Notes: a model not told the origin generated them from the sequence alone. A DNA stretch of 64,000 bases from Patescibacteria group bacterium (GCA_049319825.1 JBMORT010000002.1:204072-268071); one strand, 5' to 3'. Counted from the first letter of the stretch, positions 28,524 through 38,333 are shown. Numbers and translations are program-made.

Positions 28524-29618
28524 ATGTTAAATAAAAAGAAAAAATTAGTTTTTGAAAAATCAATTACTAGGGACTGGCCGCTTTTTATCGTACAAATGTT
28601 GCATAAAGGTTTTACAAAAGAATTTGAAAAACAATTTAAATTTAGATATTTAGAAGTTTTATTTGATTGTTTTTCTGACCATTTAGATATATATAGAGCA
28701 CCTATTGAACATATTGAGAAAATGAGAGCCTTTATTTTAAATAATCTGCGCAGAAATCCCAATTTCATAAGAGAGGTTGCTAAAAAGTTAATAGATTATT
28801 TTGAAAATTTTAAAGATATAATTCATGAAATTGATAATAAAAGTTTAGTTGTAACTTCAAATAAAGAATTGTCACAAATTATAAAAGCTTTTATTAAAGC
28901 ACATCAAGAGTTGGAACCTTGTTTTGTTATGATGTTTTGGTTTCCAATACAAATGGAAAATCATCAAAATAAAGAAAAATATAAGCCAGATATTGATATC
29001 GCGGCAAAAATGCGGGCAAAGACCGAGAAAGTTGGCCCAGAGGGTGATAGAATTGCTAGAAAACTTTCTGAAGAAGTCAGCAGAAGAATGTTTGGGAATA
29101 AGGATTTTGCCAAATTTATTTCTTTAAAAGAAACGCACGCTTTTTTAACAAAGAATAAAAAAGTTAATAAAAAGATTATTGAAAAAAGAAAAAAGGGTTT
29201 TATATACGGAGCTTTAGGAATTAAATATATAAAATTGTCAGACTATGCAAAACTTGAAGGGTTGGAAGTAAAAACAACATTAGCAGACATAAACAATAAT
29301 TACATTAAAGGTTCAATTGCTTACAAAGGATATGTGAAAGGTAAAGTGAGAATTATTATATCAAAGAAAAATATTAAAACCCTGAAAAATGGTGAAATTT
29401 TGGTCACCGCAATGACAACACCTGAATTTGTCCCAGCAATGAAAAAAGCGGCGGCAATTATTACAGATGAAGGCGGCATCACCTGCCACGCGGCGATTGT
29501 CGCTAGAGAATTGAAAATTCCGTGCGTGATCGGCACTAAGGTCGCCACCAAAGTGCTAAAGGATGGCGACCAAGTAGAGGTTGACGCGACCAAGGGGATT
29601 GTCAGGATTTTAAAATAA
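28524..29618 (+). CDS. PEP-utilising enzyme mobile domain protein, AT-rich gene
   Basis: [11 protein letters not shown]...[14 protein letters not shown]. Confidence 0.9.
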   Translation: MLNKKKKLVFEKSITRDWPLFIVQMLHKGFTKEFEKQFKFRYLEVLFDCFSDHLDIYRAPIEHIEKMRAFILNNLRRNPNFIREVAKKLIDYFENFKDIIHEIDNKSLVVTSNKELSQIIKAFIKAHQELEPCFVMMFWFPIQMENHQNKEKYKPDIDIAAKMRAKTEKVGPEGDRIARKLSEEVSRRMFGNKDFAKFISLKETHAFLTKNKKVNKKIIEKRKKGFIYGALGIKYIKLSDYAKLEGLEVKTTLADINNNYIKGSIAYKGYVKGKVRIIISKKNIKTLKNGEILVTAMTTPEFVPAMKKAAAIITDEGGITCHAAIVARELKIPCVIGTKVATKVLKDGDQVEVDATKGIVRILK

Positions 29619-29691
29619 TTTTTATAGAATATTATGGAACGCATGATGTATGTCCCAGGCATGGAAATATTAGGTATCAATAGCGAGTACT

Positions 29692-29716
29692 TTACAAGTA
29701 ATATATATTATTGTAA
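29692..29716. promoter_or_regulatory. candidate operator palindrome
   Basis: TTACAA-g-TAATATATATTA-TTGTAA upstream of the HTH-fused gene. Confidence 0.4.
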
Positions 29717-29750
29717 GATACACAATGATTGTTATTAATCCTACAATAAT

Positions 29751-31571
29751 ATGCTTGATAAATTATTCAATTCAAAAACCCGCGTGGCTGTTTTAGGCTT
29801 ATTTTTCAATGATGAAGACAAAAAATCTTATATCCAGGAAATCATCAAATCAGCGAAGACAGACGCGGCCAATACTCATCGCGAATTGGATAAGCTTGAA
29901 AAGCTCGGCATTCTAAAGAGCAAAAAACAGGGCAACCAAAAATATTATTTTTTAAATAAAGACAATGCTTACTTCGAAGCTTTGAAAAGGTTGTTCGCGG
30001 TTTACCGCCGGAAAGACGATGGCTGGTACCTGCTCGAAGAAATTCCCAATGGCACTCCCACCTTTGTGGCTGATGTCTGCAATTCCAAGCTGTCAGTGGA
30101 ATGGAATGAGAAAAAAGGCTTCAAATATCCTCCCACGGATTTTCTGACCATCTACCGGAACGGCGTGGCCAGCATTTACTTTGTAAAATCTCAATTCGAT
30201 AAATACAGCCGCAGCATGCTGGACGGCTTTATCGCCGATCCCGCTTCTTTGCACAAAGTGAATGAAGAAATCATCAAGCAGTCGGACAGCTTGCGCGCTT
30301 ATTCACAAAAAGTATCTGCCATGAATCTGAAAATATTGGACGACAAAGAGCTGGGCAGTGTATTTTCTAATTTTTATAGAGAATATGAGCGCACTCATAT
30401 GTGGGCCTGGCCGCATACTGCGCCTGACTTTGGCGAAGCGTATTTATCCAAGTATTCTTTCGCGTATCTTAATGAGCGGCTGAAAAAAACCGGTAAAAAT
30501 TATTCGGTTGGCGAGATTTTCTCCAAGCTGACTTCGCCGACAGAGGAAAGCAATGCCCAAAAAGAATATCGCGACTTGCTTGCGATTTTGGATTATATTT
30601 TAAAGGAGAAATCATTGAGCCAATACTTTGCTGAAACCGAAACCCGCTTTATCCTGCGCGACCTGATGAAAAAAAATGAAAAGGCCTGGCAGATGATCGT
30701 CAATCATACTGATAAGTACGGCTGGCTGGGCTATGGCCTGATCGGCCCTGGCTGGAGCGAAGAGTACTTTATTGATATTTTGTGCAGCTTGATCAGGCAG
30801 CAAAGCGATCCGCAAAAGCTTTTGGCCAAAATCGAAGCTGAGAGGAAGGAATTGGCAAAGGAGCAGGAAAATATTTTCCAAGAGCTAAAAATTGACGACA
30901 GGAATCGAGAATTCTTTATCGGCGCCAAAGGCCTGGTCTTCACCAAGGGTTATCGAAAAGATTCATTATTCTACTTTTTCAGCGTGCTGGAAAATATTCT
31001 CAATGAATTGTGCAGAAGATACTATTTGTCAATGAACCAGGCGCGAATGCTCTTCCCGCATGAGATCGAAGATATATTAGGCGGCCAAAGCTTTGACTTC
31101 TCGGTTTTGAATGACAGGCAGAAATTATGCGCGCACTATTCAGCCGGACGCACCGATTATTGGAATGACACCATTGTAATCGGCGCTGAAGCGGAGAAAT
31201 TGATCAATAAGCTGCAATTCATTGAAGAAGACATTTCTGATATTAAAATTTTGAACGGCGAATGCGCCTCGCCCGGCAAATCCAGGGGCCGGGCCGTGAT
31301 TGTCAATGTCACGAAGGACATGCAGAAAATGAAAGACGGCGATATCTTGATTTCCATTGCCACCAATCCTGACCTGGTGCCGGCCATCAAGCGCGCCTCA
31401 GCCATTGTCACTGATGTGGGCGGGATCACCTGCCATGCGGCCATTATTTCCCGCGAGCTGGGAGTGCCCTGCGTCATTGGCACGAAATACTCGACCAAAG
31501 TGCTCAAAGACGGGGATATCATCGAAGTCGATGCCACGCACGGCAAAGTGACTATTATTAAAAGAGCGTAA
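29751..31571 (+). CDS. winged-HTH + helical domain + PEP-utilising mobile domain fusion
   Basis: N-terminal LFNSKTR..VL..F.....Y..EI......N..REL..LEK.GIL.S...GNQKYY; C-terminal [14 protein letters not shown]. Confidence 0.88.
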   Translation: MLDKLFNSKTRVAVLGLFFNDEDKKSYIQEIIKSAKTDAANTHRELDKLEKLGILKSKKQGNQKYYFLNKDNAYFEALKRLFAVYRRKDDGWYLLEEIPNGTPTFVADVCNSKLSVEWNEKKGFKYPPTDFLTIYRNGVASIYFVKSQFDKYSRSMLDGFIADPASLHKVNEEIIKQSDSLRAYSQKVSAMNLKILDDKELGSVFSNFYREYERTHMWAWPHTAPDFGEAYLSKYSFAYLNERLKKTGKNYSVGEIFSKLTSPTEESNAQKEYRDLLAILDYILKEKSLSQYFAETETRFILRDLMKKNEKAWQMIVNHTDKYGWLGYGLIGPGWSEEYFIDILCSLIRQQSDPQKLLAKIEAERKELAKEQENIFQELKIDDRNREFFIGAKGLVFTKGYRKDSLFYFFSVLENILNELCRRYYLSMNQARMLFPHEIEDILGGQSFDFSVLNDRQKLCAHYSAGRTDYWNDTIVIGAEAEKLINKLQFIEEDISDIKILNGECASPGKSRGRAVIVNVTKDMQKMKDGDILISIATNPDLVPAIKRASAIVTDVGGITCHAAIISRELGVPCVIGTKYSTKVLKDGDIIEVDATHGKVTIIKRA

Positions 31572-31575
31572 AAAT

Positions 31576-32514
31576 ATGTTCACAAAAATTTTCAAGGAAT
31601 TAAACTATAAAAGCGTCGACATCGCCGGCGGCAAAGGAGCTTCGCTGGGAGAAATGACTCGGGCCGGCATTCCGATTCCTCCCGGATACGTTGTTTTGGC
31701 CGGAGCTTTTGATAAATTTTTGGAAGAAACGGATTTAAATGTGGAAATAAAGGCTGTGATCGACGAGGTTAATTACGAAGACGTGAAATCAGTTGACGTA
31801 GCGTCGAGCAAAATCAGAGATTTAATCGCTGATGCGGATTTTCCGGCAGATATTGCCGGCGAAGTCCAAGAAGAATTCAAAAAATTGGGCGCTGAATACG
31901 TGGCGGTGCGAAGTTCAGCCACGGCTGAAGATTCTTCGATCGCTTCCTGGGCCGGCGAGCTGGAAAGTTATTTGAATGTTAAAGAAAAAGGCCTGCTTGA
32001 CGCAGTGAAAAAATGCTGGTCGTCTTTATTTACTCCGCGGGCGATTTTTTACCGCAAAGAAAAAGGATTGATCGACAGCAAGGTTTCAGTCGCGGTGGTG
32101 ATTCAAAAAATGGTCAATAGTGAAATTGCCGGCATTACCTTTACAGTTCATCCGGTGACCAAGGATCCGAATCAAATAATCATTGAAGCCGGATTCGGTC
32201 TGGGCGAGGCGATAGTTTCCGGCAGTATTACCCCCGATAGCTATGTGATTGAAAAAGATACCTGGAATATCATTGATATCAATGTGGCAGAGCAGGAGCG
32301 CCAGCTGGTTCGCGTGCCGGCCGGCGGCAACGTTTGGAAGGAGCTGCCTGCAACTAAGAAAGAAAAGCAAAAATTGACCGGCGAGCAAGTGGTTGAATTG
32401 GCACAATTATGCTATGACATTGAAAAGCACTATAATTTCCCGTGCGATATTGAGTGGGCGTTTGATGCCGGCAAGTTTTATATAACGCAGTCAAGGCCGA
32501 TAACGACTTTGTGA
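31576..32514 (+). CDS. stand-alone PPDK/PEP-synthase N-terminal ATP-grasp domain protein
   Basis: GGKGASLGEM, VAVRSSATAED, VIQKMV, DIEWA, ending at QSRPITTL; no His or TIM-barrel domain. Confidence 0.92.
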   Translation: MFTKIFKELNYKSVDIAGGKGASLGEMTRAGIPIPPGYVVLAGAFDKFLEETDLNVEIKAVIDEVNYEDVKSVDVASSKIRDLIADADFPADIAGEVQEEFKKLGAEYVAVRSSATAEDSSIASWAGELESYLNVKEKGLLDAVKKCWSSLFTPRAIFYRKEKGLIDSKVSVAVVIQKMVNSEIAGITFTVHPVTKDPNQIIIEAGFGLGEAIVSGSITPDSYVIEKDTWNIIDINVAEQERQLVRVPAGGNVWKELPATKKEKQKLTGEQVVELAQLCYDIEKHYNFPCDIEWAFDAGKFYITQSRPITTL

Positions 32515-32642
32515 AGGCAGTAGGCAAGAGGCAATAGGCAGTAGGTAAATCGGCGCACGGCGCCGGTTTTTTAATTGACAGAATTCAGGTATTGATTTAA
32601 TATGAAGTGTTGTTGTCGGCCGAGCAAAAAAGGAGGAGAGAT

Positions 32643-33278
32643 TTGGCAATCAACGGCTATAAAAAAATCGAAGCCCGGGTGGAAAGAATCAAAGAGTGGT
32701 TCAGGCTTCACGGCTTTGAAATTGAGGTTCCTTTTCCGAGGAGCGAAAACGGATTTCAAATCGAGATTCCTTTTCCGGGGATTAAAAGCCAATTTCAATC
32801 TTTCAATGCCCAATACGCGTTGAGACAAGAGAATGGCTGGGAGCTTTTTTACCGGCCGTCGAGCAGGGAAGTTTCGTATTTCGAATTTTTGGCGGAAGTT
32901 GGACAGAAATTTCATTGGACAACGAGAATCGGTGTTCGAAAAAGCATCAATTGGACATGGACGCAAAGCGGCTATTGGTTCTGGGCGCAAATTTGTCCTG
33001 CCGCGCCCGTTTTTGGCAAATGCGAAGACGTGGTGCCGGCGCGTTGCCAGGAAAATCAGCGGCCGCCGAGCATTGAAGAATATTTGCTGATGTATCATTT
33101 GCACCGATGCGATACTGGCCGCAAGCTGGATCACAATCCCGCGGTTTGGCTGACGACCAAGCTCCGCGGACACGCGCTGAGCGCGCTCGGCGATTGCGGC
33201 GGCATCAATGTCGGCATTGCCGACAATTTCACGCCCAACCCCGGCTGTGGCTTGCGCTTGGTGAAAGTGATCGGTTGA
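32643..33278 (+). CDS. hypothetical protein with C-type-lectin-fold-like C-terminus
   Basis: AGGAGG SD before TTG 32643; EY.......TG..LD....W....G.R C-terminal pattern; terminator at about 33283-33310. Confidence 0.6.
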   Translation: MAINGYKKIEARVERIKEWFRLHGFEIEVPFPRSENGFQIEIPFPGIKSQFQSFNAQYALRQENGWELFYRPSSREVSYFEFLAEVGQKFHWTTRIGVRKSINWTWTQSGYWFWAQICPAAPVFGKCEDVVPARCQENQRPPSIEEYLLMYHLHRCDTGRKLDHNPAVWLTTKLRGHALSALGDCGGINVGIADNFTPNPGCGLRLVKVIG

Positions 33279-33445
33279 TTTTACCCTGTTTTCATAAAGC
33301 GGGGTTTTTTGTTTTGTCGAAGTGGCCGGACAAAAATTAATTGATATTCGCAAAGAAATAGTGTGATTTTTCGCGTGTTGTCGAATGTGGAAAACATTTT
33401 ATTCGATTTTTTGATACCCCTCGGGTTATGATGAAAATATAATTT

Positions 33446-33979
33446 ATGATTTATAAAGAATCAAAACAATATCGTTTACCCGGTTATAATTACGCCAATG
33501 ATGGATTTTATTTTGTGACGATTTGCGCCCAGAACATGCGAATGTTTTTTGGGAACGTTGTCAACGGCCAAATGATTTTGTCAAAAATCGGAAAAATCGC
33601 CAATCAATATTGGCTCGAAATTCCCAAACATTTTCCGCATGCGCGGTTGCATGAATACATTGTTATGCCGCACCATGTCCATGGAATTTTGGAGTTGCGA
33701 ACCCGTGTTGTTGTAGGAACGCGCCATGGCGCGTTCTTACAACAAAATTCCATGGGCATGCATCCATTGGTCAGGAATTCGTTGTCATCAATCCTCAACC
33801 ATTTCAAGGGGGCAGTGAAAAAATGGTGCAATCGAAACAATCATGGAAATTTTGCCTGGATGTCACGATTTCGCGATACAGTTATTTTGCATGAAAACGC
33901 ATTATACAACTTCCGCAAATACATCATTAACAACCCGTCAAATTGGGAATTGAAGAAAAACAATCCTGATTTGATGTAA
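33446..33979 (+). mobile_element. REP-associated tyrosine (HUH/Y1) transposase-like gene (RAYT/IS200-605 superfamily)
   Basis: RLPGYNY...G.YFVTIC, MPHHVH (HUH), FKGAV, YIINNP.NW. Confidence 0.88.
33708..33745. repeat. GTAG-type REP palindrome inside the transposase ORF
   Basis: TTGTTGTAGGAACGCGCCATGGCGCGTTCTTACAACAA, 38-bp palindrome with 1 mismatch. Confidence 0.8.
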
Positions 33980-34132
33980 TATAATATCAAAATTCATCGC
34001 GCTTGCCGCGATTTTTTTTATTTTTGAAGAATGAATCAGGGGTGCGTCAATATATTTGAAAAACCGGTGCCGATGCTGTATAATTATTGTAATAATTATT
34101 GATATTATTAATTATTTTTTATTTAAAAAAAT

Positions 34133-35479
34133 ATGGACAGAACGCTCAATTTGGAGGTAGTCAATAAAAAAGGAGAGGAAGTGATGATCGAAGGCTGGGT
34201 CGATGGCCGCAGAAACATGGGAAAAATCGTGTTTCTCGACATGCGCGACCGCACCGGAGTTCTGCAGGTCGTTTTGGTGCCCGGCGAGCTCGATAAAGAT
34301 TCCCAAAAACTGATTGATAACATCAGGCCGCAATTCGTATTGGCGATTGAAGGCATCGTTAACGAGCGGACAGGCAAAAACGCCAATCCGCAGATGGAGA
34401 CCGGCACAGTGGAAGTGCTGGCTAAAAAAATCACGGTTTTGGCCGAGGCGGAAACGCTGCCTTACGAGCTTGGTTCGGAAATGAAAATGGATACGTACCT
34501 CGATAACGCGCCGCTCAATTATCGAGATGAAAAAGCAAGAGCGATTTTTAAAGTGCAGGCCGCGTTGATACAGGGTTTTAGGAGCTTTTTAACGGCCGAA
34601 GGTTTTACCGAATTCCAGGCGCCCAAGCTGGTGGCCGAGGCCACTGAAGGCGGCGCCAATGTTTTCAAAATCGATTATTTCGGCAAAGCCGCTTATCTGG
34701 GCCAGAGTCCGCAATTTTACAAACAAATTATGACCGGCGTCTATGAGCGGGTTTTCACCTGCGGAAACGTTTATCGGGCGGAAGCGCATCACACATCACG
34801 GCATATTAATGAATATACCTCGCTTGATTTTGAAATGGGATTTATCAAAGATCATACGGATGTGATGGACATGACTCGCAGAGCTTTGACGGCAATGATG
34901 AATAACGTGGTTAAAAATTGCGATAAGCAAATCAAACTTCTTGATGCGGCCGTGCCCGAAGTGCCGGCGGAGATTCCGGCCTTGAAATTGGCCGAAGCGC
35001 AGAAAATTTTAAAGCATGAATTCGGCCAGGACTGCGAAGGCGAGCCGGATCTCGAGCCGCACCATGAAGAATTGATCTGCCAGTATGCCAAGCGGGAATT
35101 TAATTCTGATTTTATTTTCATCACTCATTATCCGGTCGAAAAAAGGCCGATGTACACCATGCCTGATGAAAAGGATAAGGGAAAGACCAAAAGCTTTGAC
35201 CTGCTTTTCCGCGGCTGCGAAATAGTGACCGGCGGTCAGCGTATCCATGACTATGAAATGCTGCTTGATAATATTAAAAAATTTAAAATGGATCCCCAGG
35301 ACTTTGAATTTTATTTAGAGGCGTTCAAATACGGCATGCCGCCCGAAGGCGGGATCGGCATGGGGCTGGAGCGGGTGACCCAAAAACTGCTTGGCCTGGA
35401 AAATATCAAGCAGGCCACGCTGTTTCCGCGCGATGATGTAAGGATAGATTTGCCTTTAAGTAAAGAAAATAACAAATAA
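34133..35479 (+). CDS. aspS: aspartate--tRNA ligase (short, archaeal-type, no GAD insertion)
   Basis: ATEGGANVF, YLGQSPQFYKQ, RAE.H.TSRH.NEY, EIVTGGQRIH, GMPPEGG.GMGLER. Confidence 0.93.
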   Translation: MDRTLNLEVVNKKGEEVMIEGWVDGRRNMGKIVFLDMRDRTGVLQVVLVPGELDKDSQKLIDNIRPQFVLAIEGIVNERTGKNANPQMETGTVEVLAKKITVLAEAETLPYELGSEMKMDTYLDNAPLNYRDEKARAIFKVQAALIQGFRSFLTAEGFTEFQAPKLVAEATEGGANVFKIDYFGKAAYLGQSPQFYKQIMTGVYERVFTCGNVYRAEAHHTSRHINEYTSLDFEMGFIKDHTDVMDMTRRALTAMMNNVVKNCDKQIKLLDAAVPEVPAEIPALKLAEAQKILKHEFGQDCEGEPDLEPHHEELICQYAKREFNSDFIFITHYPVEKRPMYTMPDEKDKGKTKSFDLLFRGCEIVTGGQRIHDYEMLLDNIKKFKMDPQDFEFYLEAFKYGMPPEGGIGMGLERVTQKLLGLENIKQATLFPRDDVRIDLPLSKENNK

Positions 35480-35629
35480 CAAAATCCAAATAACAAATAA
35501 ATCACAATGACCCTTCGACTAATCTCAGGACAGGCCTAAATTCCAATGATCCAAACAATTTTGAAAATTTGGACATTGGAGCTTTAATATTATTTGTGAT
35601 TTGTGATTTGACATTTGAGATTTATTGCA

Positions 35630-35956
35630 ATGCGTTTATCAAAGCTCCAAAAATACATTCTCATTCAATGCTATCAAGATAAAGGCGACAAAATGCACCG
35701 CGATCGCCTGATTGGATTTTATGGAAATATTCAGCAAGCGCCCAAATCTAAAGTTCAGACAAAGATAATCACCCGCAGCTTGGAAAGCCTGATTGATAAA
35801 GAATTAATGACCGGATTCGGCGTGCGCACTCCGCATAAGTGGTTCATAAAGGAAATCAGACTGACATCAAAAGGCAAAAAAGAAGCGAAGAATCTGCTCG
35901 GCGAGCAGATGAGTTTGCCATTAAAAACAAGAAAGGCGATAGGCGATAGGCGATAA
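35630..35956 (+). CDS. small basic hypothetical protein (wHTH-like)
   Basis: ITRSLESLIDK.L..G.......I.LT.KG pattern; in an operon with scpA. Confidence 0.7.
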   Translation: MRLSKLQKYILIQCYQDKGDKMHRDRLIGFYGNIQQAPKSKVQTKIITRSLESLIDKELMTGFGVRTPHKWFIKEIRLTSKGKKEAKNLLGEQMSLPLKTRKAIGDRR

Positions 35957-35975
35957 GCGACACGCATTTCAAATT

Positions 35976-36665
35976 ATGTATAAAATTCAGACAGAAAAAT
36001 ATTCCGGACCGCTTGATCTGCTGTTAAAGCTGATCGAGGATAAGAAATTTGAGATCACTGAAATCTCTTTGGGGAAGGTGACCGATCAATATTTGGCGCG
36101 CATTGAAAAAATGGCGGATAAGCCGGCGGAAGAATTAGCTGATTTTTTGGTTATCGCGGCCAAGCTGCTGCTGCTGAAGTCAAAGGCGATTTTGCCGGTA
36201 ATGGAGGAAGATGAAGAGCCGGATGAACTGGAAAAGCAACTCCGGATTTATAAGGAATTTTATGAGGCCAGCAAAATCATGAACAAAATACTATTATCGG
36301 AAAATTTTTCTTTCGGCCGGGAGCGCCCCCCAATGCCGCTGGAAGTGGAATTCGCGCCGCCCAAGGATCTGGCCGCCACGGATTTAATGAATACTTTTAT
36401 TAGAATATTAAAAAAACTTGATCCGCTCATTCATTTGCCGAAAGTATCCATAAAAAAAGCGATCAGTTTGCAGGCGACCATCATGGATTTACAAAATTCA
36501 ATAAAACGTTTTAGAAAAATAGATTTTTCGAAAATTACTCAGAAAGCCAAATCAAAAACTGAGCTGATAGTTCATTTTCTCGCCTTGCTTGAATTGATGA
36601 AAAGACAAGACGTGGAAGCGGAGCAGAGCGGGGTTTTCGGAAATATTTTAGTTAAAAAAATATAG
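35976..36665 (+). CDS. scpA: segregation and condensation protein A
   Basis: GPLDLLL.LI, FLVIAA.LL.LKSK.ILP, FLALLEL.K. Confidence 0.95.
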   Translation: MYKIQTEKYSGPLDLLLKLIEDKKFEITEISLGKVTDQYLARIEKMADKPAEELADFLVIAAKLLLLKSKAILPVMEEDEEPDELEKQLRIYKEFYEASKIMNKILLSENFSFGRERPPMPLEVEFAPPKDLAATDLMNTFIRILKKLDPLIHLPKVSIKKAISLQATIMDLQNSIKRFRKIDFSKITQKAKSKTELIVHFLALLELMKRQDVEAEQSGVFGNILVKKI

Positions 36666-36781
36666 AGATTACAAATTTATCACAAAGTGATCCCTTCGGG
36701 ACAAATTGAATACAAATATTACAAATGGTTACAAATTGTTGCGAGTCCGTATAATCTCGTAACATCTCGTAACAATAATTT

Positions 36782-37342
36782 ATGTTAAAATCACAACTCG
36801 AAAGTATTTTATTCGCATCCACCAAGCCTGTCTCAGTTAAGGACCTGCAGAGATTTTTTAAAAAATCTAATTTAAAAATTGATAAAACCGAAATTAGTGT
36901 CGCGCTCGGCGCATTGATGCTGGAATATAATGTTGATCATAAGGGCGTGCACATTATTAATGTCGAGGATAAATATCAAATGGTCACCAACCCCAGCAAT
37001 AAAGATTTGGTTGAAAAAATGATAAAACTCGATCGTACCGGCGAGCTAACGCAGCCGTCCTTGGAAACCTTGACGATCATCGCGTATCGGGGCCCGATTT
37101 CCAAGATTGAACTGGAGCAGATCAGAGGCGTGAATTGCAGCTTGATCATAAGGAATTTGATGATCCGCGGATTAATTGATACGACCATAAACGATGTTAA
37201 TGGACAGGAAATGTATAATATTACCACCGAGTTTTTGCAGTTTTTGGGGATGAACACCGTCGATGAGTTGCCTGATTACGCCAAGCTGCACCAGATAGAA
37301 AGCTTGGATGAGTTTTTGGGGAAAGGCAACCCTGCCGAATAA
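36782..37342 (+). CDS. scpB: SMC-Scp complex subunit ScpB
   Basis: LESILF, LETL.IIAYR.PI...E.IRGVN, T..FL..LG...ELP. Confidence 0.95.
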   Translation: MLKSQLESILFASTKPVSVKDLQRFFKKSNLKIDKTEISVALGALMLEYNVDHKGVHIINVEDKYQMVTNPSNKDLVEKMIKLDRTGELTQPSLETLTIIAYRGPISKIELEQIRGVNCSLIIRNLMIRGLIDTTINDVNGQEMYNITTEFLQFLGMNTVDELPDYAKLHQIESLDEFLGKGNPAE

Positions 37343-37344
37343 TT

Positions 37345-38232
37345 ATGATTGAATTTGTCATATCGCTAATATTACTGTTAAATCCCATAGCCGCGCCGGC
37401 CGCGCCGAATATTTTTAATTTTTCAGTTCAGGAATCCGGACCGCAAAAGATTCAAAACGGCAATATGGGAGTGAAGCTGACCGCCTCAAATTTCATTGCC
37501 AAAGACGTTGAGTCCGGGGCAATCTTATATTCCTCGGGTGAAAATGAGCAGACTCCTTTGGCGAGCTTGACCAAGCTGATGACCGCGCTGGTTTTTTCGG
37601 ATACCAATCCCGAATGGCAATCCCAGATCGAACTGACCCAAAAAGATGAAACTGACGGCGCTTATCCTCATGTATATCGCGGAGAGAAAGTAACCATTGA
37701 AAATCTTTTCAATTCCATGCTGATTTCCTCCGATAACAATTCAGCGGAAGCATTGGTCAGATCGACCGGGTTATCTTCAGAAAAATTTGTTGAAAGGATG
37801 AATATGCTGGCGGCCAATAATGATCTGAAACAAACTCATTTCGTCGATCCCACGGGATTATCGGCGGAAAATGTATCCAGCGCGGCTGACGTGGCGCGGT
37901 TACTGGAGTTGGCGGTATTAAACGATGATATTCGAAAAGCGTTATCACATAAAACTTATAGTTTTGATATATTAAACAGTAATAAAATCAGAAAAATTTA
38001 TACCACCAATCAATTACTGGATAGCTTTTTAAACTCAGAAAAAAGCGGCTACGCCATAATTGGCGGTAAGACCGGGTTTTTGCCGGAAGCGGGCGGTTGT
38101 TTGGCGGTCATGATCGAAAAAGACGGACGGCGGATCATTTCAGTCGTTTTGGGCAGCAGCAATTACGATACTCGTTTTCAGGATACGAAAGCATTGGTTG
38201 ACTGGGTGTTTTTAAATTATCAGTGGGAATGA
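37345..38232 (+). CDS. D-alanyl-D-alanine carboxypeptidase/endopeptidase (peptidase S11)
   Basis: ASLTK (SxxK), SDN (SxN), GKTG. Confidence 0.93.
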   Translation: MIEFVISLILLLNPIAAPAAPNIFNFSVQESGPQKIQNGNMGVKLTASNFIAKDVESGAILYSSGENEQTPLASLTKLMTALVFSDTNPEWQSQIELTQKDETDGAYPHVYRGEKVTIENLFNSMLISSDNNSAEALVRSTGLSSEKFVERMNMLAANNDLKQTHFVDPTGLSAENVSSAADVARLLELAVLNDDIRKALSHKTYSFDILNSNKIRKIYTTNQLLDSFLNSEKSGYAIIGGKTGFLPEAGGCLAVMIEKDGRRIISVVLGSSNYDTRFQDTKALVDWVFLNYQWE

Positions 38233-38333
38233 TCCGAATTTTCGATTCGAAATATCCCAAATGACCCGAATTGGCAGGACGAAGATGTAATATTCGTGGC
38301 ATTCGGATACATTCGGGGATTCGGATTATATAT

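Noticed and set aside
27369-32514. Calling the cluster ppsA/ppdK or a frameshifted PEP synthase
   Set aside because: No pyruvate-binding TIM barrel; the His domains lie upstream in three separate intact genes; the ATP-grasp ORF has a clean start and end
32571-33979. Complete diversity-generating retroelement
   Set aside because: No reverse transcriptase, Avd or template repeat found in the window
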